Shown here one piece after another: positions 24,209-34,300 of a stretch of 64,000 bases of DNA (positions within the stretch are counted from its first letter, which is position 1; each line of letters begins with the position of its first letter). This DNA is from Chromatiales bacterium. GTDB taxonomy: Bacteria > Pseudomonadota > Gammaproteobacteria > SZUA-140. The stretch lies in NCBI GenBank assembly GCA_050486285.1, contig JBJHCZ010000004.1, positions 88,196 to 152,195 of the forward strand, written 5' to 3'. A model generated the notes under the pieces. The model worked only from the letters and a program-made list of their open reading frames with translations, made no database searches and was not told the DNA's origin. Made by a program: the position numbers and the translations under genes.

Positions 24209-24649
24209 ATGATGATTCAGCGCGGCGACCCCGGGACAGGTTCCGGGGCAGAGGCCGGTGACGCGCCAGCGCCGCCAACAGGTCTGATCCGGGATGTGAT
24301 CGGCCTCGTGCATGAAATCAGGGAGCAGGCGCACGACCACCTGCAACTGGCGGTTCTTGAGACGCGGCTGTCGATCAACAGTCTGCTGGCCATGGCGATC
24401 ATTGCGATCGTCATTGCCATACTGCTGATCAGTGTATGGCTTGCGCTCGTGGGCGCTGCGGTCATGGCGCTGATCGCTGTCGGCCTCAGCCCTGCGGTCG
24501 CCCTGCTGGCGATGGGAGCCTGCAATCTCGCAGGCGCGTTACTGGGCTGGCTGCTGATACGGCGCCTGAGCAACTCGCTGGGTTGGCCTGCAACACTGCG
24601 TGCGCTCAGGTCGGAGTCGTCATCCAAAGGCGAGGGTCCATCGACATGA
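24209..24649 (+). CDS. YqjE-like (DUF1469, holin-superfamily-like) inner-membrane protein
   Basis: 146 aa with two central TM helices; position immediately after DUF883 gene mirrors E. coli yqjD-yqjE-yqjK. Confidence 0.55.
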   Translation: MMIQRGDPGTGSGAEAGDAPAPPTGLIRDVIGLVHEIREQAHDHLQLAVLETRLSINSLLAMAIIAIVIAILLISVWLALVGAAVMALIAVGLSPAVALLAMGACNLAGALLGWLLIRRLSNSLGWPATLRALRSESSSKGEGPST

Positions 24650-24996
24650 GCATTCCCCCGGATCCGGGAGGCCCGGGTAAGTCGGCCTCCCTCAGGAAGA
24701 GGATCGGTATCCTCGAAATCAGGATGAGTGAGCGTCGTCAGGGGATCGGCGACACCCTGTCCAGCATCAATGTGACGGTCCATACCCGAATGGTGTCGGT
24801 GGGCGCCCTGGTCGCCGCAGGCCTGTTTGGGGCCCTGCTCGAGAAACGCCACAGGATCAGGAACTGGTCCTTGCTGACGATGCTCAGTGCAGTCGATATC
24901 ACGATATGGAAGTTGTTCTCGCTGTACTCGAGCGCCGTGGCCTCTGCGCCCGATTATGGCGCCGGTAGTTACAACAAAACCGGTCCCGGAGCATGA
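24646..24996 (+). CDS. YqjK-like hypothetical protein
   Basis: Internal ATG overlapping yqjE-like stop (ATGA); ~116 aa with one TM; assignment by position only. Confidence 0.35.
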   Translation: MSIPPDPGGPGKSASLRKRIGILEIRMSERRQGIGDTLSSINVTVHTRMVSVGALVAAGLFGALLEKRHRIRNWSLLTMLSAVDITIWKLFSLYSSAVASAPDYGAGSYNKTGPGA

Positions 24997-25035
24997 CGCC
25001 CGGCAAGGCGTAGCGGCGATGGCCGCCATACACTA

Positions 25036-25441
25036 TTTTATATACTCTACTTTGCGGTGCCAGACTTGCCGGATCTGCGGCGGCACGATGAAAGTCATCG
25101 CCTGCATCGAAGACCCCGCAGTGATCCAGAAGATCCTCGATCACCTGAAGATCAAGGAGGAAACCCGCGATCCTTTTTCGTTTCCCGAAAGCCGGGAGCC
25201 GCTGGCCGGTGAGCAGGCCGTCCTGCTCGACTGACGCCCTGAACCCACAGATGGACTTACGATGCTACGACCGGAAACTTGGCAGGGTTCCGTTCGACAA
25301 TACGGTTAGACGGAGTTGTCTTTCAGGAAGAAGTGATTCAGGGCGGGCTCGACGGCATCGAATGGCCACCGTGCAATCCATTGGCTGTGAAAGACCGCTG
25401 GTCGCGGTCACAATGGGTGTTTATTCTTCTTATTACACTCG
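25036..25441 (+). mobile_element. IS91-family element 3-prime end fragment (C-terminal ~60 codons of transposase incl. CxxC...KILDHL motif, then ~200 bp end region terminating in oriIS-like GGGTGTTTATTCTTCTTATTACAC); direct repeat of 15849-16177
   Basis: Peptide ...LRCQTCRICGGTMKVIACIEDPAVIQKILDHLKIKEETRDPFSFPESREPLAGEQAVLLD resembles IS91/ISCR transposase C-termini; downstream DNA homologous to 15849-16177. Confidence 0.65.
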
Positions 25442-26467
25442 CCGCCACACAATGACCTCGCCGGCGCGCAGAGGGACCAGCACATCATCGCCGAGCGGGT
25501 ATTGCGGCGGGACCGTCCACGGCTCCCGATGCAGCGTGATGCGATCGGTATTGCGCGGCAGGCGATAGAAGTCGGCGCCGTGATGGCTGGCGAAGCCCTC
25601 GATCCGGTCGAGCGCGCCGGCTTGCTCGAAGGCCTCGGCATAAAGCTCGATCGCGGCATGCGCGCTGTAGATGCCGGCGCAGCCGCAGGCGGTCTCCTTG
25701 CGTCCGCGCGCGTGCGGCGCGCTGTCGGTGCCGAGGAAGAACTTCGGACTGCCACCGGTCGCGGCGCCAAGCAGCGCGGCGCGATCCTCTTCGCGCTTCA
25801 GCACCGGCAGACAATAATAGTGCGGGCGCACGCCGCCGGCGAGCAGCGCGTTGCGGTTGTAGAGCAGGTGATGCGCGGTGATCGTCGCGGCGACGGTCGC
25901 CGGCGCGGCGTGCACGAAGTCGACGGCGGCCCGCGTCGTGATGTGCTCGAAGACGATGCGCAGCCGCGGGAGGCGCCGAACCAGCGGTTCGAGGACCTCA
26001 TCGATGAAGCGCGCCTCGCGGTCGAAGATGTCGACATGCGCGGCGGTGACCTCGCCGTGAACCAGCAGCGGCAGGTCGACGACCTGCATCGCCTCGAGTA
26101 CCGGCATGACTTTTTCGATCGCGGTGACGCCGCTGTCGGAGTTCGTCGTTGCGCCGGCCGGATAGAGCTTCACCGCGGCGACACTGCCGTCGCCGGCCGC
26201 GCGGCGGATCTCGTCGGGCGCGGTGCGGTCGGTCAGGTACAGCGTCATCAGCGGTTCGAAGCGGACGCCCTCGGGGACATGGGCGAGGATGCGTTCACGA
26301 TAGGCCAGCGCCTGCGCGCAGGTCGTCACTGGCGGCGCCAGGTTCGGCATCACGATCGCGCGCGCGAAGCGCGCCGCGCAATGCGGGACCGTCGTCGCCA
26401 GCGCGGCGCCGTCGCGCAGGTGGATATGCCAGTCGTCAGGGCGGACGAGGGTCAGTGCGGTCTTCAT
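25433..26467 (-). CDS. pyrC: dihydroorotase (homodimeric class II type)
   Basis: Internal start [20 protein letters not shown]; colinear with E. coli PyrC ([20 protein letters not shown]); stop codon lies in the IS91-like end. Confidence 0.9.
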   Translation of the reverse strand: MKTALTLVRPDDWHIHLRDGAALATTVPHCAARFARAIVMPNLAPPVTTCAQALAYRERILAHVPEGVRFEPLMTLYLTDRTAPDEIRRAAGDGSVAAVKLYPAGATTNSDSGVTAIEKVMPVLEAMQVVDLPLLVHGEVTAAHVDIFDREARFIDEVLEPLVRRLPRLRIVFEHITTRAAVDFVHAAPATVAATITAHHLLYNRNALLAGGVRPHYYCLPVLKREEDRAALLGAATGGSPKFFLGTDSAPHARGRKETACGCAGIYSAHAAIELYAEAFEQAGALDRIEGFASHHGADFYRLPRNTDRITLHREPWTVPPQYPLGDDVLVPLRAGEVIVWRRV

Positions 26468-26500
26468 CGGATGGCCGGGCGGCGGCTCCCGCAACTGTGA

Positions 26501-27511
26501 TCAGCTGTCCGTCGGCAGTTCCGCCATCCGGCCCGTCATGCGGTCGATCGCCGCGACGCCGAACAGCCGGAAGCCGCGCAGCGCCTCGGGCGGGTGCCCG
26601 GCGACGCAGACGATCGGCTTGCCGTGGCAGTGTCCCATGATCAGCGGCCGGCCCGAGCGCATCGGCACGCCGTCGACGACCAGCTTGCCGCAGGCGCGCA
26701 GGAGATCGGAGATGAAGTCGCGGCCGCCGACCGCGGTGCCGCCGGAGATCACGATCATGTCGGAATGGCGCAGCGCCTCTTTCACCGAGGCGACGAAGCC
26801 GTCGAAGTCGTCCCTCATGATGCCGGCGATGCGCGGGATGCCGCCGGCCTGCTGTACCGCAGCGGCGAGCATCACCGAGTTGCTGTCGCGGATTGCGCCG
26901 GGCCTGAGCGTGCCGGTGTAGGGGATGACCTCGTCGCCGGAAGAATAGATCGTCACGATCGGCTGCGCCGACACGGTGACCTGGTTGACGCCGGTGCTCG
27001 CGATCGTGCCGATCTCGACCGGGCCGAGCAGGGTGCCGACCGGCACCGCGACCGCGTCCTGCATCAGGTCGCAGCCCTGTTCCTCGATGAAGAAACGCGG
27101 CGGAAACGGCCGGGTGATCGTGAAACCGCCGTCCTCGACCTTGGCCTCCCACTGGCGGACGACCGAGTAGGGTCCCTCGGGCACGAGGCTGCCGGTCGCG
27201 ACGGCGACGCCTTCGCCGCGGGCAAAGGCGGGGCAGGTCTCGTCGCCCGGCTTGACCCTGCCCTTGATCCGGAACGCGACCGGGTGGTCTTCAGAGGCGC
27301 TGCTGGTATCGTCGGTATGGACCAGGAAGCCCTCGACGATCGCGCGCGGGTACGGCGGCATGTCGGTCGGCGCGATGACGTCGGCGGCGAGCACCCGCCC
27401 GGCGGCCTGCTCCAGCGGACAGTTCTCGACTGCCAGCGAGCGCAGGGGAATCGCATCGACGAATTTCCGTTGTGCCTCGCTCAGTGGGGACGGCTCGCTC
27501 ATCGGGGACAC
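26501..27511 (-). CDS. MoeA-family molybdopterin-binding protein (MoeA_N + MoCF-biosynthesis domains; C-terminal MoeA domain apparently absent)
   Basis: 336 aa; MoCF domain (SGGTAVGGRDF...); canonical MDGYA motif replaced (RAIVEGFLV). Confidence 0.5.
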   Translation of the reverse strand: MSPMSEPSPLSEAQRKFVDAIPLRSLAVENCPLEQAAGRVLAADVIAPTDMPPYPRAIVEGFLVHTDDTSSASEDHPVAFRIKGRVKPGDETCPAFARGEGVAVATGSLVPEGPYSVVRQWEAKVEDGGFTITRPFPPRFFIEEQGCDLMQDAVAVPVGTLLGPVEIGTIASTGVNQVTVSAQPIVTIYSSGDEVIPYTGTLRPGAIRDSNSVMLAAAVQQAGGIPRIAGIMRDDFDGFVASVKEALRHSDMIVISGGTAVGGRDFISDLLRACGKLVVDGVPMRSGRPLIMGHCHGKPIVCVAGHPPEALRGFRLFGVAAIDRMTGRMAELPTDS

Positions 27512-27562
27512 CTCTCTCGGGTTCTTCGCAGCCTAACAGGATAACCGATTCACACCCGCGGG

Positions 27563-29047
27563 TCAGTCGAGCTTGCGCAGGATGTCCCGGTCGAGCAGCA
27601 GGTTCAGCGTGAAGCGCACGCCGGCGCCGGTGATGTCGGTCGGGACATGCGCCAGGCCGCCCTTGTGATTGCCCGACGACAGGTCGAGGTGCAGCCACGG
27701 TCGCCCGTCGACGAAGCGGTTCAGGAAGCGCGCCGCGAGAATATGGTCGGCAGGGCCTTCCAGCGTGCACTGCCTGACGTCGGCGACCTTGCTTTCGAGG
27801 TCCTGGTCGAAGTCGGCGTCGATCGGGAACGGCCACACGCGCTCGCCGCTGTCCCGCCCGGCCGCGATCACGTCGGGATGCAGCGCGGGACGGTTGGTGA
27901 AGGCGCCGCTGTAGCGCGTGCCGAGGGCATGGACGCAGCTGCCGGTCAGCGTCGCGTAGTCGATGATCAGCGCCGGCCTTTCGCGGCTTGCGAGCGCGAG
28001 CGTGTCGGCGAGTACCATGCGGCCCTCGGCATCGGTGTGCATGACCTCGATGGTCGTGCCGTTGCAGGCGGTGACGACGTCGTTCTGCTTGTAGGCGCGC
28101 GGCCCGATATGGTTCTGCGCCAGCGCCAGCCAGCAGTCGACCGCGAACGGGACCTTGAGCCGCGACAGCGCGAGCAGCGTGCCGAGCGCGACCGCGCTGC
28201 CTTCCATGTCCTCGTGCATGCCGTGCATGTGCTTCGCCGGCTTCAGATTGACGCCGCCGGTGTCGAAGCAGATGCCCTTGCCGACCAGCGCCAGGGGGTC
28301 AGACCCCGTTTTCGGCCGATACTGCAGATGCACGATCCCGGCATCATCCGTCGCGCTGCCCTGGGCCACCGCGAGGAAGGCCCCGGCGCCCTTGCGCCGG
28401 AGCGCGCGGCTGTCCAGAAAGCGCAGGCGCCAGCCCTCGCGGCGGGCGAGCGCGCCGATCCGTCGCCGGTACAGCGCCGGCGTCAGCGCATTCGGCGGCA
28501 GCATCGTCAGTTCGCGGGCGAGGTTGTTGCCTTCGGCCTCGGCGCGGACGCGCGCAAGGTCGAGGCGCTGTCCACCGCCGAACAGACGCAGCCGCCTGAG
28601 CGCCGTTGGCGGTGTCTTCTTGCTCCTGAAGTCGGGCATCGTGGCCGCGCCGGCCAGCGTCGCCGCGGCGACGGCCTCGAGGATCCGCGCGCAGGCCGAG
28701 GCCGGGAAGCCCGGCGCGATGACCGTGATCTCGCGCGCGCGGTGCGCGAGATGGGTCGAGACATGACGGCGCGCCAGCTCGAGCAGCCTGTAGGTGTCGA
28801 TGCCCGCGTCCGCGGTCGTCAGGCTGACGCGGGTGCCGGCCGGGTTCGGCAGGTCGGTGACCAGCGGCGCCGTCGCCAGTCCCGCGCTGCCGGCGCGCTC
28901 GACGCGCCGGCGCAGGACCTCGCCGCCGGGGAGTCGCCCGAGGCCCCGTTCGAGGCCGTCCGCCGGCAGAAAAACAATCAGGTTTTCAGTTTGTTCGAGG
29001 GTGCCCCGCGGCGCCGGCCCGGACCCGTGCTCTATGCGTATGACCAT
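27563..29047 (-). CDS. leucyl aminopeptidase family protein (peptidase M17)
   Basis: 494 aa; M17 catalytic signature HTDAEGRMVLADTL, GKGICFDTGG. Confidence 0.85.
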   Translation of the reverse strand: MVIRIEHGSGPAPRGTLEQTENLIVFLPADGLERGLGRLPGGEVLRRRVERAGSAGLATAPLVTDLPNPAGTRVSLTTADAGIDTYRLLELARRHVSTHLAHRAREITVIAPGFPASACARILEAVAAATLAGAATMPDFRSKKTPPTALRRLRLFGGGQRLDLARVRAEAEGNNLARELTMLPPNALTPALYRRRIGALARREGWRLRFLDSRALRRKGAGAFLAVAQGSATDDAGIVHLQYRPKTGSDPLALVGKGICFDTGGVNLKPAKHMHGMHEDMEGSAVALGTLLALSRLKVPFAVDCWLALAQNHIGPRAYKQNDVVTACNGTTIEVMHTDAEGRMVLADTLALASRERPALIIDYATLTGSCVHALGTRYSGAFTNRPALHPDVIAAGRDSGERVWPFPIDADFDQDLESKVADVRQCTLEGPADHILAARFLNRFVDGRPWLHLDLSSGNHKGGLAHVPTDITGAGVRFTLNLLLDRDILRKLD

Positions 29048-29222
29048 GTAATTCCGTCACTTTTCATGGGCCTGTTATTGACCTCATCGGGGAAAAACCG
29101 GATGATACTCCGTTGCTGTGCGTCTATCGACCGGCCCGGCTCTGGAAGCAGGGAAACGCAGAACAATATCAATGAAAACAGGCAAGTTGACAAATATGAC
29201 TCAGAGTAGGGACGGCTAGCCC

Positions 29223-30275
29223 ATGAATGTCACCGCAGGTTATCTCAAGAAGGGGGCGCGCCAGACCGAGACGCGCCCGCTCAGCGTCGCCGACAAGAAG
29301 CGCCTGCTGCACGAGATGCTGTACGCGCGGCGCTTCGAGGAGCGCTGCTACGAGGCCTACGTGGAGCGCAAGATCGGCGGCTTCCTGCACCTGTACTCCG
29401 GCCAGGAGGCCTGCGTGCACGGGGTCATGGAGGCGGCCCGCCCGGGCCACGACTACGTCATTACCGGTTACCGCGACCACATCCACGCGATCAAGTGCGG
29501 CGCCGACCCGAAGCGGGTCATGGCCGAGCTGTACGGCAAGGAGACCGGCAGCAGCCGCGGCCGCGGCGGCTCGATGCATGTCTTCGATGTCGAGGCGCGC
29601 TTCATGGGCGGTTACGCGCTGGTCGGCGGCCCGTTCCCGCTCGCCGCCGGGATCGCCAAGGGCATCAAGATGAAGGGCGGCGACGAGATCTCGATCTGCT
29701 TCCTCGGCGATGCCGCCAACAACCAGGGTACCTTCCACGAGACGCTGAACATGGCGCGCATATGGCAGCTGCCGGTGCTGTTCGTCTGCGAGAACAACCT
29801 CTACGGCATCGGCACCCGCATCGACCGCTCGACCGCGGTGATGGACCAGTACAAGCGCGCCGCCGCCCATGACATCCCGGCGGTGCAGACCGACGGCCAG
29901 GACGTCGAGGCCGTCTACGAGGCCGCGGTCACCGCGGTCAACCATGTACGCTCGGGTGAAGGCCCGTATTTCCTCGAACTGATGACCTATCGCTATCGCG
30001 GCCACTCGATGTCCGACTCGAACGCCTACCGCAAGAAGGACGAAGAGAAGAAGTGGCTCAAGCGCGACCCGATTCACCTTCTGCGCAATCGCCTGATCGA
30101 TGACAACGAGCTGACGCTGGACCACTTCAAGGCGATGGACCGCGAGATCATCGACCGGATCGAGAACGAGGTGATCCGTTTCGCCGAGGAGTCGCCGGAA
30201 CCGTCGCCGGATGAGGTGGAGAAATACGTGCTCGCGGACAACGATCCGTGGGTCAACGGCGGAGGAAAGCGCTGA
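29223..30275 (+). CDS. pdhA: 2-oxoacid (pyruvate/acetoin-type) dehydrogenase E1 component alpha subunit, TPP-dependent
   Basis: 350 aa; heterotetrameric E1-alpha hallmarks (GFLHLYSGQEA, TPP-binding GDAANNQGTFHETLNMA, YRYRGHSMSD). Confidence 0.88.
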   Translation: MNVTAGYLKKGARQTETRPLSVADKKRLLHEMLYARRFEERCYEAYVERKIGGFLHLYSGQEACVHGVMEAARPGHDYVITGYRDHIHAIKCGADPKRVMAELYGKETGSSRGRGGSMHVFDVEARFMGGYALVGGPFPLAAGIAKGIKMKGGDEISICFLGDAANNQGTFHETLNMARIWQLPVLFVCENNLYGIGTRIDRSTAVMDQYKRAAAHDIPAVQTDGQDVEAVYEAAVTAVNHVRSGEGPYFLELMTYRYRGHSMSDSNAYRKKDEEKKWLKRDPIHLLRNRLIDDNELTLDHFKAMDREIIDRIENEVIRFAEESPEPSPDEVEKYVLADNDPWVNGGGKR

Positions 30276-31267
30276 TGGCCGAGATGATGTACTGGGAGGC
30301 GATCCGCCGCGCCCATGACGAGGAGATGGCCCACGACCCGCTGGTCATCGCGATGGGCGAGGACATCGGCGTCGCCGGCGGTACCTACAAGGCGACCCAG
30401 GGGCTGTATGAAAAGTACGGCCCGGAGCGCATCATCGACACCCCGATTTCCGAGAACAGCTATACCGGGCTTGGCATTGGCGCGTCCTTCGTCGGCGTGC
30501 GTCCGATCATCGAGATCATGTCGGTCAACTTCGCGTGGCTGGCGATGGACCAGATCGTCAACACCGCGGCCAAGGTGCGCTACATGTCCGGCGGCCAGCT
30601 CACCGCGCCGGTCGTGATCCGCTCGCCGGGCGGCACCGCGCACCAGCTCGGCGCGCAGCATTCGGCGCGCATGGAGAAGGTGTTCATGGGCATTGCCGGC
30701 CTGCGCGTGGTGACGCCGTCGACGCCGAAACAGGCCTACGGGCTGCTGAAGTCGGCGGTGCGCTGCGACGACCCGGTGTTCATCAACGAGCACGAGCTGA
30801 TGTACAACATGCGCGGCGAGGTCCCCGACGAGGAGTTCTTCCACCCGCTCGAGGGTTCCGAGGTCGTGCGCGAGGGCCGCGACGTGACGCTGTTCGGCTA
30901 CAACATCTCAGTGCACTGGTGCCTGCAGGCGGCAGAGACGCTGTCGAAGCAATACGGCATCGAGGCCGAGGTCGTGGATCTCTATGCGCTGTCGCCGCTC
31001 GACCGCGAGGGCATCGCGCGCTCGATCGCGAAGACCCATCGCGCGGTCGTCGTCGAGGAGGCCGAGGCCCCGGTCGGCGTCGGTTCCGAGATCATGGCGG
31101 TCATCAACGAGACCTGCTTCTTCGACCTCGACGCGCCGCCGCTGCGGGTATCGGCGCTGAACGTGCCGATCCCGTACAGCCGTCCGCTCGAAAAGGCGGT
31201 GATCCCGAACGCGAAGAAGGTCGTCGAGCAGACGATGACGCTGTTCCAGACCCGACGCGCGAGCTGA
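30275..31267 (+). CDS. pdhB: 2-oxoacid dehydrogenase E1 component beta subunit
   Basis: Start MAEMMYWEA overlaps pdhA stop (TGATG); transketolase-like pyrimidine-binding and C-terminal domains. Confidence 0.88.
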   Translation: MAEMMYWEAIRRAHDEEMAHDPLVIAMGEDIGVAGGTYKATQGLYEKYGPERIIDTPISENSYTGLGIGASFVGVRPIIEIMSVNFAWLAMDQIVNTAAKVRYMSGGQLTAPVVIRSPGGTAHQLGAQHSARMEKVFMGIAGLRVVTPSTPKQAYGLLKSAVRCDDPVFINEHELMYNMRGEVPDEEFFHPLEGSEVVREGRDVTLFGYNISVHWCLQAAETLSKQYGIEAEVVDLYALSPLDREGIARSIAKTHRAVVVEEAEAPVGVGSEIMAVINETCFFDLDAPPLRVSALNVPIPYSRPLEKAVIPNAKKVVEQTMTLFQTRRAS

Positions 31268-31373
31268 GGCCTGCGTGACAAGGGGTCAGGACGCCCGCGG
31301 AGGTCGACGGGCGCCCTGGCCCCTTGAAGCTTGAAGATCCATAAAATTCGCTGTCCGCAATCCAGGGAAGAGC

Positions 31374-34300
31374 ATGTCCGATACCTACCAGATAAAAATG
31401 CCCCAGCTCTCCGACACGATGACCGAGGGTGTCGTCGTCAGTTGGGAGAAGAACGTTGGTGACAAGGTCGAGCGCGGCGATATCGTCGCGACGGTCGAGA
31501 CCGACAAGGCGATCATGGACGTCGAGGTGTTCCGCGAGGGCTTCCTGTCCGGTCCGCTGGCGGCGGTCGGTGATACGGTCGCGGTCGGCGAGCCGATCGC
31601 GCAGCTGGTATCGAGCAAGGAGGCGGTCGGCAAGGGTGACGGCGGCAAGCCGAAGCAGGACAAATCGGCAAAGCAGGACAAGCCCGCGGCCCCGAAGGCG
31701 GAAGCGAAGGGCGGCGGTGACAAGGCCCCCGGGAAGTCGGCGCCAGTCGCGGAATCGGCAGGCGGCGGCAGTGCCCCCGCCGGCGCGATCTACACGATCG
31801 CGATGCCGCAGCTCTCCGACACGATGACCGAGGGTGTCGTCGTGAGCTGGGAAAAGCAGCCTGGCGACAAGATCGAGCGCGGCGACATCGTCGCGACGGT
31901 CGAGACCGACAAGGCGATCATGGACGTCGAGGTGTTCCGCGAAGGCTTCCTGTCGGGGCCGATCGCCGCGGTCGACAGCGTCGTCCCGGTCGGTGGCGAG
32001 ATGGCCTTCCTGGTCGCGAAGAAGGAAGAGGTCATCCGCGAGGGCACGCTCGGGCGCCAGTCCATAGCGCAGCAGCGGGATCATGATCACGATGAAGCCC
32101 CGGCGCGCGACACGGCCGCCGGCCGCGAAACACCCGCCGCGCCACGCGGCGCGGGCGATCATGACGCCGCGCCCGCGGATCGTCCGGCCGGCAAGGCCGT
32201 AACCCCGTATGCGCGCAAGCTCGCCGGCCGGCTCGGCGTCGATCTCGCGCAGGTCAGGGGCACCGGCCCTGCCGGCGAGGTCACCGCCGTCGATGTCGAA
32301 CGCGCCGGCGTCCGGCCCGCGGCGCATGCGGGCGCGGCGCCGGTCCACCCGGGCGCGGCCGCGCTCTTGTCCTCGCTGTCGGTCGACGTCCCCGGCGACG
32401 GCCGCAAGATGACCTCGCTCGAGCGCGCGGTCAGCCACAACATGATGCGTGCGCAGTCGATGCCGACCTTCCGCGTCACCGTCCATGCGCGTCCCGAGGC
32501 GCTCGCGCGCGCGGCGAAGAAGAACGGCATCTCGCTGACCGTCGCGATCGCGAAGGCCTGCGCGCTGGCGATGAAGGAACAGCCACGCATGAACTGGGCC
32601 TACCAGCCCGAGGACAAACTGATCGAGCGCGACCACGTCGACATCGGCATGGCGGTCACCGCCGAAGACGGCGGCCTCGTCGTGCCGGTGCTGCGCGGTT
32701 GCGAGTCGCGTTCGCTCGGGGAGCTGAACGACGACTGGAAGGACCTCGTCGAACGCGCCCGCAAACGCCGCCTCAAGCCCGACGAATACGCGAACCCGAC
32801 CTTCATGGTGTCGAACATGGGCATGCTCGGCGTCAGCCTGTTCGATGCGATCCCGACGCCCGGCATGGCGGCGATCCTCGCGATCGCGACCGCCGGCGAG
32901 CAGGGCATGCCGCTGATGATCACCGCCGACCACCGCGTCGTCTACGGCGCCCATGTCGCGAAATATCTCGGCGCGCTGAAGCAACTGATCGAGCAGCCGG
33001 AGTCGTGGATCAGCACCGGTCCTTTGATCCCGGAAGGCAACTGGGACTATGACGTCGCCGTCATCGGCGGCGGTCCCGGCGGCGAGGACTGCGCGCGCGA
33101 CCTCGCCGGTCACGGCTACAAGGTCGTCATGATCAACGACGCGCCGCTGCCCGGCGGCGAATGCCTGTGGCGCGGCTGCATCCCGTCCAAGGCCTGGCGC
33201 GCCGCGGCCGACCGCATCCGCGATCGCGCCGACGATGAGCATCTCGGTATCGAGGGCACGACCGCCGCGAAACTGAACTGGAAGAAGCTCGAGCAGACGC
33301 GTCGCGGCGTGCTCGAGACCCGCGGCGAGATGGCCGAGAAGACCGACAAGGGCGTGAAGATCACGCTGAAGCAGGGTTATGCCTCGTTCACCGGCGCGCA
33401 TGAACTGTTCGTCGATACCTCCGGCAACAGCAAGGAACGTCACCGGCGCGTCGCGCCCGGCGACGGCTCGAAGGGCGAGAAGCTGAGCTTTGGCTGCGCG
33501 GTCATCGCGACCGGCGCGCCGCCGTTCGTGCCGCCGATCCCCGGCGCGCGCGAAGGCCTCGCGGCCGGCGGCGTGCTGACTTCCGATACGGTGTGGGAGC
33601 TGAAGGACCGACCGAAGAAGCTGCTGGTCGTCGGCGGCGGCGCGATCGGTCTCGAGATGGCGCAGATCTTCCAGGACTTCGGCACCGAGGTCACGCTGCT
33701 CGAGGCCCAGGACCGCATCCTCGCCGAGGTCGAGGCCGAGGTCGCGAAGCAGTTGAGCGAAATCCTCAACGATGAGCCGCGCCTGAAGGTGCTGACCTCG
33801 GTCAAGGTCGACGAGATCAAGGGCAAGCCCGGCGCGATGAAGCTGTCCTATACCGATGCCGACGGCAAGAAGCACAACGCGAGCGCGGACTATGTGCTGA
33901 TGGCGACCGGCAAGCGCCCGCTGCTCGAGCCGCTGAAGCTCGACGCCGCCGGCGTCGCGACCGAGAAGGGCGTGGTCCGCGTCGACGCGAGCTGCCGGAC
34001 CTCGGTACCGCACATCTTCGCGGTCGGCGACGTCATCGGCGGGCTGATGCTCGCGCATACCGCCGGCCAGCAGGGCCGCGTCGCGGCGCAGACGATCGCC
34101 GGCGAGCGCGCCAGCTACGACCAGGCGAAGGACTGCGGCGTGATCTTCACGCGCCCGCAGGCCGCGTTCGTCGGCCTGTCGGCCGAGCAGGCAAAGGCGA
34201 AAGGGATCGACGCGGTCGAGGTCAAGGTGCCGATCAGCATCGATGCCAAGGCGATGATCAACCACGAGACCCACGGCCTGATCAAGATCGTCGCCGACAA

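Noticed and set aside
27647-29209. 520-aa plus-strand ORF
   Set aside because: Antisense to the M17 aminopeptidase gene, which carries the HTDAEGR signature; GC-rich antisense artefact.
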